From NCBI RefSeq assembly GCF_009914755.1, contig NC_060930.1: a stretch of 64,000 nucleotides of DNA; one strand, 5' to 3'. A program made the position numbers and the translations under genes. The notes under the pieces were generated by a model that saw nothing but the letters and a program-made list of their open reading frames with translations, had not been told where the DNA came from and made no database searches. This document shows positions 1 to 14,920 of this stretch, piece by piece. This DNA is from the human T2T-CHM13v2.0 reference genome, Homo sapiens. Every line of letters begins with the position of its first letter. Position 1 is the first letter of the stretch.

Positions 1-638
1 ACTTCATTTGCTAACCAAGGGTATTCATTTTAAAGTGAAGCTCTCCTTTCTTATTAAATTATGCAGGATAGCCTTCAAAGGTTGCTGTCTTACTGAGACT
101 TGGCCATTTTTCTTGCATACATGCTCTTTGGATTGTTGCAAGCCTCTGGTTAATTTTCAGAGTTCTAAGAAAGCTGGTTTTGACAATTTCTGTGACTGTT
201 TTCATTGCCTTTGTGAAGGAGAAGATTTTCGGTGTCCTGTCCCACCATCCCACGTGCTTCTTTATCATGTTTACTTTTAACAAAAACTTGTCCTGCCTGT
301 GGTTATTTCCAAATCTTAATTTTACGCAGTTTTATGTGGTTAACTGTCTCTTCAATAATTACCAACATTGTCCAATCCTGAGAAAATTTAAGTGATCAGA
401 AAACATATTTTAAGAGTTACTGTAGTCATGGTAAGTAATTATTTTAATACTATGTATGAAAATAAAAACTACTTCCAGTTGTTTGATTTATAATGCTGGG
501 AAACAGAATGGTAGTGAGGTGATATATGTGGAAGAAAGTGGACTAATATCAGTAAAGAAAGGAAATTTTTAAAAATAAGGAACCAGCCAAATTTTTAAAA
601 ATAAGGAAATTTTTAAAAATAAGGAACTTAGTGAATTT

Positions 639-672
<34 letters not shown>

Positions 673-1663
673 AATTCGGTATATGATATCATTATCCTTA
701 ATGAATCAGTGTGATGTATACGTATATATAACTGGTTTCTCGCTGCCTGTTCTTTAGCGGCCCTTCGTCAGGAAGCAAGGTTCATGACAACTACAACTTG
801 TTGCTTTTTCCTCTTTATTTTGTATAACTATATTTACGCCATATTTGCTTCTTTTATTCATTAATCTCAAGGGCAAGAGAGACCTACCCAACCTTTTTCT
901 CACTGAAAAGTTTCAAGTATTCAAAAACATTCTGTCAGTCAGGCTGAAAGACATTTTGATGCCAAATACTGAAGTGTCAGGACAGCTAACATCTGACTCC
1001 CCCCATAAATCACTACACCTCTCCCCGCCGCCCACCCTGCTGGGTCTAGCTTTGCACTTTTCATTTTTCTTTCTTTCTGACCACCCCTCCATCTCACTGC
1101 CCAAATGCTATTCAAAGGATTATAAAAGATTACAACAACTCAAAACAATACGTTTTACAAATGTGGAATAGGTGATGGCACAAATATTATCAAGAAAAGC
1201 AGGTCCGTTACAGTGTATATGGCAGTCTCATCATGGAAAGAGTGAAGCATCATCAGGACGTACGTCGCAGTATTGTTTATAATAGGGAAGGAAAACATAA
1301 ATTCAAATTCCCATCTGGAGCAGACTGAAAAGATGAATTAGGGCCAAGGATGGAATTCAGCGGTGATGCTGATGGAAGCTCTGGTCCATGACAGCACAAG
1401 ATGCACTTACTCATTTTCAATATTCAATATTATTCAATATACAGCGGTAGTACCGCGTGTGCCAGGCACGGCAACATGCCCTGAACCACGGCGATACGTC
1501 CTATAGCAGAGAAGAGCGGGGTCACAAGACACGTGTGGAGTGCCGTTCCACCTGGTCACACGCGCTAGGCCAGAGCACACAGTCACACAGTGACGCTATT
1601 CTCTGAATCAAAGTCTCAATCTTAAAGAGACAAAATGAAATTATTCCCAAACACTGGAGATAA

Positions 1664-1978
<315 letters not shown>

Positions 1979-2527
1979 AATACCTAATATTTTTAATCCT
2001 TTGCAAAAAATCTCCCTCTACATTTTAATAGAAGACCATTCATTTTTATATACAATTGATTTGCAACGGTTATTTTCATGTTTTCTTCTAATTAAGAAAG
2101 TTTCTGGAAATGCTGCAGACTTTTTTCCATAAGAATTTTCAAAATCCCGTTCTTACTTGCTCTGCTGCTTGCTTTCTTGCTGGCACTGGTGTTCATGTTA
2201 GTGCCCCATGTAACCGTATTTGTCTACATGTAACCGTATTTGTCCACAGGTCTTCCCATACGTTCCTGTTTCATTCAATCAAACATGCATGACTGCTGAG
2301 TGGCAAACACCTTCATTATAAAAGAAACTTTTCCAGATTCATTTCCCCACAATAAAGGTTTATTTCTCTCTCTCTCGCCAATAAAAATATATTTCCTAAG
2401 TTCTCCTTGCACTCAGTGAACACTGGCATGTAACCTTAAGTATTATAAGATTTCACCAAAATAAAGTCATAAAGATACAAAAATATAATGTAAGACTTGT
2501 ATGCAGCAGAGGCGCCCCACCCACTCA

Positions 2528-2638
<111 letters not shown>

Positions 2639-3165
2639 CTACAAGACAAGATGAGCAGGTGTGCCATGTTAACTCAGAGTCAGGAATCACCTGTAAGCTA
2701 GGCAGAGCAGAGGGACCATCTATAGATTAGTGTAGTTGATCAGATACAACAGCAACAACCAAGATGCCTGACAAAACATCATCCAAGCTGGGGAACTAAC
2801 TTTATAAAATAGGCATCTTTTCCCCTTCTCTCTTGTAGATTTTTAACATCTTAGTGAACTTATGTCATACTTTCTATTTACTATCAAAAACCTCTATAGT
2901 ACCCTGTGAACAGTTTTAAATATGTGCTCATGATTGATGACTAATTTTAAGGAAGGAGTATAGATTCTGTAATTCAACCTTACCTTGAAGTTCCAAATTG
3001 AATGAAAAAAAAAAAAAAAAAGATGCTCTATTGTCCTCCCCCATAAACTTGAGGTAGGAGATAGGTACATACACTATGCTTTGCTTCCTACTCATCAGCT
3101 TAGAATTTGAGCAATTCAAATACTTAGATTTTTTATAGCTGTTGATAAATAAGTTCCTCTTTAAT

Positions 3166-3229
<64 letters not shown>
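3166..3229. repeat. Compound (TG)n(TA)n(CA)n microsatellite
   Basis: Read directly from sequence. Confidence 0.95.
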
Positions 3230-3454
3230 TAAAATTCTGGATATATATCCAGAATTGCCATCAAATAGTTTATTTTGGAGACAAAATCTGTTATCAGATA
3301 CCATTCTGATGGAATTGAGAGATGAGATAATCATTAAGTAACAAAGTGTATCAACAAATATTTTCTGAAAGCCTACTAGTAATAAAGAGCAACGTCACAT
3401 TGCAGCAGGAGGAAGGTGTCAAAGACAATTCCTTTTCCCGCAAAAACCTACTAT

Positions 3455-5037
3455 TTTTAAAAAATGAAGCGTATTGTGTATATTTGAAGTTTGCAATATG
3501 ATTTTATGGGATCCATACCTACAGATATGAAGATAATAGTACTAGTTACTGTGGAGAGGTGGACTCTCATATCTATCATCTCACATCGCTACTTGTATTT
3601 GTGACAAGAACAGCTAAAATCTATGTAGTTCAGGAAAATCCCTAATACACCATGGTTTTACTAACTTGAGCACTCATGTTGCACGTTAGATACCTGGACT
3701 TCGCCATCCTCGCAGCTGCTGTTTCGTATCCTTTGACCCACATCTCCCCATTTCCTCCCCCTCCCCGCCTATGTCTACCCTGTTAACCACACTTCCTTCC
3801 ATCATCTATCTTGTGTCTTTGAGCTCTTGTTAAGATACAGATTTCACACAGAAGTGAGATCCTGCAGTCTTTTTCTTTTTGTGTCTGGTTTATTTCACTT
3901 AACATAATGTCCTCCAGGTCCATCCACACTGTGGCAAATGGCAGGCTATACCGTTGTGTGTACATGTGTGTACAGACATAGGCACACACACTCCTATATC
4001 ATATTTTTTATTAATTTGTTCATTGATGAGCTTTTAGGTTGTTTCTATAGCTTGGCTGTTGTGACTAATGCTAATGAACATGGGAGGGCAGGTGACTTTA
4101 AGTGGTGTTGATTGCCTCTCCTTTGAGCATATACCAGAAGGACTGCTGGGTCATACTATAGTTCTACTTTCACTGTTCTCTATACTGTTTTCCAGATGGC
4201 TGCACCAACCTACATTCCCACCAACAGTGCACAGGGTTCCCTTGTTTCACACCCTCACAACATTTGCTATCTCTTGTCTTTTTGATAACAGCCATCCTTA
4301 CAGGTATGAGGTGCTAGCTCAGTGGTTTCAATTTGCATTTCCCTTATGATTAGTGATGTGGAGCACCTTTTCGTATAGCTTTTTGGCCATTTTTATATTG
4401 TCTTTGGAGAAATGTCTATCCAGGTCCTTTACTCATTTTTTAATCAGGTCATTTGTTTTTCTGCTATTGAGTTGCAAGAGTTCTTTATAAATTTTGGATA
4501 TTAAACCCTTATCAGGTATGTGGTTTGCAAATAATTTTTCCCAGTCCATAGGTTGCTTTTTCACTTAAGAAAAATAAAGTTGGAGGCATCACACTTGATT
4601 TAAGATTATATTACAAAGCTATAATAACTAAAACAATGTGGTACTGCCAAAAAACAAAAACACAGACCAATTAGACAGAGTATAGAGCTCAGAAATAAAT
4701 CTAAATGTATATGGACAACTAATTTTCAATAAGGCCATCAAGAGGACACAATGAGGAAAGGATAATCTCTTTAATAAATGGTGTTAGGAAAACTGGATTT
4801 CTGCACACAAAAGAATGAAATTGGACCTTTATTTTACCATACATAAAAATCAACTCAAAATGGATGAAAGGCCTAAAATCATAAAACTCCTAGAAGAGAA
4901 CATAGTGGAAAAGCACCTCAATATTGACCTTGGCAATAATATTTTGAACGTCAGAAGAAAAGCTCAGGCTACAAAAGTAAATAAATGGGACTGCATCAAA
5001 CTAAAGAGCTTCGGCTCAGCAAATAAAATAATCACCT
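3455..5037 (-). mobile_element. Old L1 (L1MA-like) 3' portion with 5' inversion at ~4566
   Basis: 3'UTR and ORF2 end on minus to ~4565, then the adjacent ORF2 segment on plus (ORF 4815..5039 KWDCIKLKSF). Confidence 0.82.
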
Positions 5038-6274
5038 AAAAGAACTATTTTAATGTAAGAATGAGTCCTTCAGATGTAGGCCTTCCCAATGATTCTGTCA
5101 ATGACTAAGCAGGTTTTGAAGTAAAGTCTACAAATAAATGTCTGATATACAGTCGACCCTTGAGCAACATGGTGGCTAGAGGTGCTGGCCCTCCAAGCAG
5201 TCAAAAATCCACATGAAGCTTTTGACTCTCCAAAAACTTTACTCATAACCTACTGTTGACCAGAATCCTTACCAATAACATAAACAATCAATTACCATAT
5301 ATTTCATATGCTATATGTATTAATACTTTATTCTTACAATACAGTAAGCTAAAGAAAAGAAAATGATATTTAAAAAATTATAAGGAAGAGAAAATATATT
5401 CACTATTCACTGAGTGGCATCATAGAGGACTTCATCCTCATTGACTTCATGTTGAGTGGGCTGGGGAGGAGGAGTAGCAGGGGTTGGTTTTGCCGTCTCA
5501 GCGGTGGCCGAGGCAGAAGAGGTGGAGGAGGTGGAAGGGGAGGCAGCAGAGGCAGGCTCACTCGGTGTAACTTTACAGAAATACGTCGTATTTTCTGCCT
5601 GACATTTTTGCTTTTTCATTTCTCTAAACATTTTTCCATATGGTACCAATCCTTCTCCTACCATTTGCTTTTGTTTCAGTGCCTATATCATAGAAGGATC
5701 CGTGTCGTGAAAGACGTCAAAAGCATTGAGTCATCAGAACCCTTCTTCCAGATTGTTTAATGTCAATTTGTTTCCTGGCACTGCTTCTTCCATGTCTTCT
5801 TCCTCACTGTCTGGCATTGGTTTGAAGCACTCCTCTGGTGTGGTGTCTGTTAGCTCTTGAATTTCTCCAAGATCCATAGCTTGAAACCATTTTTGCCATA
5901 TCCACGATCTCTTTCATGATTTCCTTGATTGGCCCTGTCATAAATCCCGTGAGGTCATGCACAACTCTGGACAGTTCTCTCCAGTGGGAATTGTTTCAGG
6001 GTTGATGGCCCGCATGGCTTTTCCTATAACAGTAATGGCCTCTTCAATGGTGCAATCTTTCCAGATTTTCATGATGTTCTCTCTATCAAAGTTATCTTCC
6101 ATAGCATTGACAACCCTTTCCATAGGGTTCCATGTGTAATGACCCTCTGATCTAGAGGCTGGATGACAGATGTTTGGGGGCAAGACCACTTTGACGCCTT
6201 TGGTGTTAAACTCATTGGGTTCTGGGTGGCCAGGGGCATTGTCCAATATCAAAAGAACTTTAAAAGGCAGTCAT

Positions 6275-6544
6275 GGCCGGGCACGGTGGCTCACGCCTGT
6301 AATCCCAGCACTTTGGGAGGCCAAGGTGGGCGGATCATGAGATCGAGGCCATCCTTGCCAACATGGTGAAACCCCGTCTCTACTAAAAATTCAAAAATTA
6401 GCTGGGCGTGGTGGCACGTGCCTGTAATCACAGCTACTCAGGAGGCTGAGGCAGGAGAATTGCTTGAACCCAGGAGGCAGTGGTTGCAGTGGGCTGAGAT
6501 TGCACTACTGCACTCCAGCCTGGCGACACAGCTAGACTCTGTCT

Positions 6545-6576
<32 letters not shown>
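6275..6576 (+). mobile_element. AluS inside Tigger2
   Basis: Full dimer; TSD aaaaggcagtc. Confidence 0.93.
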
Positions 6577-6580
<4 letters not shown>

Positions 6581-6875
6581 GTCGCTTCCTGACTTCAGGG
6601 ACAAAGTATCAATGGAACCAATCCAGGAAAACGTTCTCACTGTCCTGCTTTCTTGGTGAACAATGAAAAGATTGGCAGGTGGTGTTTTTTTCCCTCCAAG
6701 GCTCAGTTTTATGGATAAGGACAGCCCCGATCACAAGCTCAGCTGCATTTGCACAAACCAGTAGAGTTGACCTATCCCTTCCTGCCTTAAGTCTGGTGTT
6801 CCTTCTCTTCCTTACCAATAAATGTCCTTTGTGGCATGTTTTTCCCTAAGAATTGGGCACTTACATCTGCACTAA

Positions 6876-7397
<522 letters not shown>

Positions 7398-8379
7398 TAG
7401 AATCTACAGTATGCCTTTCTCATAACAATCCTGTACCCACATAAAAGCTGCATTTGCAATGAGATTAAAAAGGATTTAACAAAACGTGCAAGGTTTTCGT
7501 GCCTGCTGGCATAGCTGCAGCCATGTCTCCATGAGTTTCCTTTTCTTTTTTTACACTATTTCTTACACTGGATTCATTTATCCTGAAATGGCAGCGACTG
7601 CCAGTCTATGGTACATACCAAGCAATTCAGCTTTTTCTGTAAAGCCGTGGCTTTCCCTGCTTCTTGGGAGAAGGTTCAGCATCTCCAGGGGCACTTCCTA
7701 TGGGCCCCATGGTGTAATTCAAGGTTTACAGTATTGCATTAAACACAATGAAAAATACACGAGAGCTATAAGAGACCGCCTTTTACGGTAACACACAATT
7801 TACTGGAGAGACGAACAGCTCATGCAGAGGCGATGAGCATCACACAGCATTTTAAGGGATACTTGTAACTCCTGAGCTCACCACAACAGCAAGAGCAGGG
7901 GTGATGAAATGAGGACAGGAGTGCTGGAGGGACTACAGTTGAGTGTATGAAGTGATGATTTCATACAGCATTTCTGCATTTGTTTATATTTCTCTTGACT
8001 GAGAATGTGCATACATTCTAATAAATTTTAACTTTTTAAAAAGATGTGTGTATATTTTATGATAGTCAAGGATAAAACAGACTAGTATCTACATATAGTT
8101 TATGCATTCATGACATATGTTTTTAATTTTCTTATACTTTTAGGCTATGTGGTTCATCTGTGAGTTTTTTCAAGTTGTTGAAAATCTCCAAAAATGTTAA
8201 CATATTTGTTGAAAAAAAATCATGTATAAGTGGACCCGTGCATTTCAAACCCATGTTGTTCAAGGGTCAGCTGAATTTTGAAGGAAAGTGGAGAAATCAA
8301 ATGTCTACATTTTATTTTCTTCTGCCACAAGCACATGCTTATTTGAAAAGTATTCCCGTGCAGTTGCTGCTGTAAGGGG

Positions 8380-8469
8380 TGGCGTGGGGCCTGGGAATGT
8401 GCACTCCTAACAGGTTCCCAGGTCAGGCTGCTGCTGCTGGTCCAGGGCACCCCACTTTGGGAACCACTG
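8380..8469. mobile_element. MER5A-like hAT fragment
   Basis: ctgctgctggtccagggcaccccactttgggaaccactg terminal motif. Confidence 0.6.
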
Positions 8470-8959
8470 GGTGAGGGTAACCCTAACATTTACACAGTGT
8501 GTCACTATTTACAAAACACAACTGTTACATAAACCATTTACAATAACGGACCAAGGTGCATCCATATTTTATTGAAATCTCCATTTTTTTATTGAGGAAA
8601 CCATGACAGGTAGAGAGCACTTTGCCAGGACAGCCACGGAGCCTCAGTGCTGAGATTCCAAACTGATTTTTCTGACTAAGGTTTTGCTATTTATTTCACT
8701 AGGCTGCCAAAGACAACTCCCATTCACACATGGTTTAGGGCATCCTCAAATTCCCTCTAATCTCACAGGTGTTTCCAAAACCATCTTTGCTTATTTTGCT
8801 ATTTTTAATTCAGGACTGATTTAATATCAAAGGGTTTCTGAGGATCCACTCTTCAGAACTCCTGTCTGCCTGCTGTTTAGATTAAATGGATAAGGGAAAT
8901 TATAATGACTGAGTCTCTTTTCCATCCATTATTTCCAATGATAAAATACAGAGGTTAAC

Positions 8960-9160
8960 AGCAGCAAGTACTTTCTGGACACTGACCTTTTGCCAGGCAC
9001 TGATAAGAATTTTACATAAATTTTCTCGTGTAACCCTCTCAACAGCACTATGAAGAAAACACTTATTGCCCCAATTCTATAGACAAGGAAGCCAGGCTGA
9101 GGGCAGGCAGCCTTCCAAGGCCACTCACCTCTTGAAAAGCGCTTCCTGAGATCAGCTGGC
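8960..9160 (-). mobile_element. MIR
   Basis: tgccaggcactg...ttattgccccaattctatagacaaggaag...ctgagg MIR core similarity. Confidence 0.55.
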
Positions 9161-12100
9161 TCCCATTTGCATGAAACCTCAAAACACACACTGAATGACA
9201 TAATACAGTGGCAGGAGGTGAGGTAAAACGTATCCAGGAAAGGCCTTTTGTTTCCTCAGTGAGAATGAAATTAAATGAAACATCTTTTGGTCCAGGGGAT
9301 TCTTGGGGTACATGAATTTTCTGATCATGACAACTTTACATGTGACACAGCAATTGGAAGCCCAAATATCAATATTTTAGTAGATAGGCAGGTTTCTTAT
9401 GCTGTGATCCTACACAGTGTCATAAATACAGAAGGACAATAAGCCTCTTGTATGACACAGAGCGATGGTAATGAACAGCTCTGCAAATGATTCAATGTAA
9501 CCACAATCCATGTGTGAAAGAAACATTTTAATTAGAGGTACTCACTGGATTCATGAAGCACTTCACCCACCACAGAGAAACGAGCTGTGGCTAAGACATA
9601 CTCAGAAAACAAACAGAGTTGGAAATAAAACCTATGCGGGTAAATCTTATGCCAGAACCAAATCAACAAGTCCTGAGAGAAGAAGCAAGAAAAAGGGAAG
9701 CAATATTTTTCAGGCAAAAGATGAGGATGTGGCATAAATCTGTGGGTGCTGGAATAACGCTTGACTGCTCAAAAATGTTTTTACAAAAATTGTAAGGGAC
9801 TGAATGTACTACTGAAGAAGAGAAGTGTTTTGGAAACAGGACTACACCGATTCATTACAACTATTTTGTAACTCTGTTGAGCCACATCTGTGAGAATGAA
9901 GTTTCTTTCATTTTTCCTTTCACAGAGTACCTAACGTGACCTTCATTTCCCTTTACCCAAATTAACCCCACAGCAGAAAGGAGACAAAGAATTACAAACA
10001 GAAGTGAGTGTTGCACTCCTGAAACTTGACAATGGTAGTGATATTTTCCACAGGGGAATCAACTATCATATTATGCTCACTTATTTTGCTTTTGAAAATA
10101 ATTCCAGAAATGATATTTTCTGAATATTCTGCACATTTCTTCAGATACTGAATTTTTAGTTTATAAAAAAGTAAACTATTCTCAGAAGACCAAAACGTGC
10201 AAGATTTAAAACAAAGTCACACTAAGACAGAAGCCTTGCCTCCTTACAGCAAGAGGCAGAGGCTCTGTTAGAGAATTCCTGATGGTGGCACGCAGGGCCA
10301 CCTGGCCGCCCGCCACACCAGCCATGGGAGGCGAATGGCACCATCTCATCAGGCTGCAAGGCTGACGCACAATCTCCAACTCTTGTCAACCTCCATCAAG
10401 GTCTGGCAAAATAAATATGGCACACACAGTAATAAACCCCACCCTTTTCTCTGGCACTTCCTCTTGTAAAGACGTAGCAGAACAGGGCACTGGTGTGGTA
10501 CCACCCACCGGTCTAACCAGTGGACAGTGGTAAATACCTGAGGCAGCAGTAACTTTTTAAGGCCTGGGATAATATGCCATTCTGTGTCTACGCTCCATGT
10601 TCCTTATCCATTCCCCTGAGACGGACATTTAGGGTACTTCCACACTGTGGATACTGTGAAGAGTGCTGCAATGGCCATGGAAGCGCAGGTATCTCTTCCA
10701 TATACGGATTTCAATTCTTTTGGACAAATACCCAGGAGTGAGATTGCTGGATCATGTGGATTCTACTTTTTGCTCTTTGAGGAAACAACACACATTTTCC
10801 GCAGTGGCTACCTCATTTTGCATTCCCACCGACTGTGCGGGAGCTCCCCTTTCTCCACATCCTCATCATCACCTGTCTTTCTGATATTCTAACAGGTGTG
10901 AGGTGGTGTCTCAATATGGTTTTGACTTGCATTTCCCTGATGATTGGTGACGTGAGCCCTTTTTTCCTGTACCCATTGGCCATCTGTATGTGTTCTTAAG
11001 CAAAATGTCTATTATTCAAGCTTCCTTTGGGCCATGATCTTCATCTGATAATTTCACCTACTGATGACATTTGCCTAAGTCAATTACTCCATCTGAGATT
11101 GAAGAGGGTGATTTTCTAATTCTGCCATTCATCCATTCTACTTGTCTGCAATTCTCTAAGAAATAACTTTCCCTTACCAAGTAGGGTATTTGGTTTACTT
11201 AAAATACAGTCCGAACAGGAAAGGCAGACAAATGTTTAATTATTTTCCTTTATAAGACACACTTCTGACTAAGGGACAGGTGCCCTAGTTACCTCCAAAT
11301 GGGGACCAATGACATTTTATGTTTTTGTTTTTAGCTATAGCTTTTTGGGGGGAGCATTATCAAAAATGATGAGGGTTTAGATATACAATGTTGAAGTCAA
11401 TCACAGTCATTACTCTTTGGATGGTCAGCTAGCCCTCCGCTGGCCAACAGAATACGGCACAGGTGTGGTGCTGCCCGCTGGTCTAACCAGCAGACAGTAG
11501 TGCATGCCTAAGGCAGCAGCAGCTTTAAGGCCTTGGGAATTGGCTGTTGCCTGTGGCCTTGTTATATGACTCCATTACCCTTTGATTTCTTTTCTCTTTG
11601 GCACAAGATGTCCCTGGCTCATCTTGTAAGTCTTCTGCCACAGACCTGGAACCAGCTCTCCACCCAGGGAGTTCTGGCTTCTATTAGTGGGGAACGGCAT
11701 TTAGAGGTTGCAAAGAGGGTACTAAGGGTGATGGCTGGAATGTCACTGCTTCCAAGCACCTTCCGTGGCAGGAGCTAAGAAATACTGGTATTCGTGCACC
11801 AGTTGCACATGGTTTTAATTCGAAAGGCTTTCCAACAGAGGTTAACGGCTGACAGGGCAAGTTCTCCTCATCATCATGTTCTTTTTTCCGGGGGTATTTG
11901 GACCATTGTTACTTGTTTATTCTCCCAAGTAACTTTCAGTCTAACAGTACAGCTACAGAAAAACCTACTGGCCTTTTGTTGTTGTTGTTGTTGGGGGAGT
12001 GTTAAATCTACACATTACCTACAGAGAACTGCCTTCTTTAGGAAACTAAATCTTCCTATCCAAGAACAAGTTAGGATTTTGCGTTTGTCCAGGTCTACAC

Positions 12101-13290
12101 TTCTGGGGGAAAAAAATGTTCTTAATGCAGGTTTTGCAGAAATCTTGTTAATACCGGAATGGTTTATCCTTTTTGAGGCTATTCTCAATGAGTTCTCCTC
12201 TTCCACTATAACTTTTCAGAGGTTATTTTTTATATCTATAAAGACCATTGAATTCCATATATTAGTTTAAATACTACTACTAATCTTTCACTTAATTATT
12301 TTATTGTTCATATTGGCCACTAATTATCTTGGGTTTTCCAGATATGCAATCTTGTCACCTATGAATAATTTTAGCTGTTCTTTTCAGTGGTAATATCTGT
12401 TAAGTTGTCCTGTCTAATTTCAAGAGAAATACCTCCAATACCCTGTAAAATAGTCATGGAATTAATGAACATTCTGGCTCTGTTCCCAACCACAGAATGC
12501 CTCTAAAGTTTTCTCAGTAAGATGTCAGCTTTTGGGCTGAGATAAGCATTTTATCATTTGAAAGAGGCATTCATGGATTCCTCTTTTACCGGGTGTTTTA
12601 GCAGAAATGAATCCAGAATTTTATTGAAGCATCCAGGAACATGGTTATAAGAGTCCTCTTTTTGTATCAGTTAATATTATGAGGGAATTATTAGTGGATT
12701 TATTGATAGTGAATCATGCTTGCATTCTACGCATAAACCCCACTTGGACATGATAAATTATTGTTAATGCACTAATTCTATGTTCCTATTTAAGCTTTTC
12801 AATTGATATTCATAAATGAAATATAACTCCTTTCTGAAATTTCATCAAGTTTTCTATCAGTTATGGTTACTTCAAAAAGCAGTCTGATGTCTTCCTTATT
12901 TCTCTATGCTTTAAAACAGTTAAGTATCTTTGGGACTATTTGATGTTTAAGAGGTTGGTAAAATCCCCTGAGAAAGCACATGGGCCTGGTACTATTTCAC
13001 AAGGAGTTCTTAGGAAACGTTCTCTATTTCTTCTACGAAAAGTGGCCTGTTAAATTTGTTTCTACTTTGGGGGCCAGTTTGATAAACTAAATTTCTGTGA
13101 CTCAACCATTTGTATAGAGGCTTTCATATTAATTTGCACAAATTATGAGAAGCAGTCTCATGATTTTCAAAATCCTTCTGCTCCATGCTTCTGCCTCCTC
13201 CTCATTTCTTATTATAGATTAAGCTTTCTCTCTTTATAAAAAAAATTGCACTATTAAGTTTATTTTGTTGCTTGTGTTTTTAAAAAGCTA

Positions 13291-13626
<336 letters not shown>

Positions 13627-14625
13627 CTAGTGTTTTAATTTATTTATTAATTCTACTGATTCTCTGTTTTCTAACTTATCACCTGCTTTTATCTCTATCC
13701 ATTTATTTCTTCTGATTTACTTTGTTGTTCCCTGTCTGGCTTTTTAGGTAGATATTCATTTATTTTTTCCCTTTTAAAAACGTCTGTGATATAGGTATTT
13801 GGTGCTATAAATTTCCCTTCAAAAACTGGTTTATGGGTATTCCAGAGACACTGATATATCATGTTAGAAACAACATTATTTTCAAGAAATTCTACAATTT
13901 CCTATTTTGTTTGACACCTTTAAACCAAGAGTTGCTTAACAGATGGAATTTTAATATTTAGAAGCAAGAAACTTTTTGGTTTTTAAATTTGTACTTTGAT
14001 TGCATTATAGTGAGAAAATGTTGATTTTTTGTTCTTATTTTAATGTATCGAGCTTTTCTCTGGATTCATTTATGGTCATTGTTCATAGATGTTTGATGTG
14101 CACTTGAAAATAAGACACTTTCCTTGCTGGCAGACAAACATTACTATGAATATCTACAAGATAATGCATTATCAATTATGATATAGAGGTTTCCTATAAC
14201 CTTATAATTTCTGTGCACTTGACCTGCCAAGGACTGAGACAGATACGTTAGTCTCCATTATTAATGTGTGGCTACTTATTATTTGGTTCTTATTGTTTCC
14301 ACCTTGTGAAATTTGTTTATTTTCTTCAAAATTAGATACTAACATATACTGTATTTTCATTGTGAATTTTAGTCTTTGGCATTATAAGTATCTTTGCCTC
14401 ATAATTTTTTGGTTGAATTGTGTTTTGTGTGATACTAAAATCATATAATCTGCTTTATTTTTATTTTCATTTGCCTGGTATACATTTCACATCTCTTCTC
14501 TTTATCCTTTCTGGATCACTTCGGATTAAAGCATCTCCTGTATTCAGCATGGACTCAGATTTTTTTCCTCATCTGTAAAATCCAATCTGAAAGTTTTTTT
14601 CTTTTTTTCCTTAAACATTGATATG

Positions 14626-14920
14626 AGCCAGGCATGGTGGCTCAGGCCTATAATCCCAGCACTTTGGGAGGCTGAGGCTGCAGGCCTGAAGCCAATTGTT
14701 TGAGAGCAGCCTGGACCACATAGTGAAACCTCATCTCTAAAAAACTAATGAGCCAGGCTGGGTGGCATGTGCCTGTAGTTCCAGCTATGTGGAAGGCTGG
14801 GGCAAGAGGATGGATTGAGACCAGAAGTTCAAGCTCATAGTAAGCCATGATCGTGCCACTGCACTTCAGCCTGGGCTAACAGAGCAAGACTCAAAAATAA
14901 ACAAAAACAACAACCACAAA
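14626..14920 (+). mobile_element. AluJ-like
   Basis: Diverged dimer; TSD acat(tg/ca)atatga. Confidence 0.85.
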
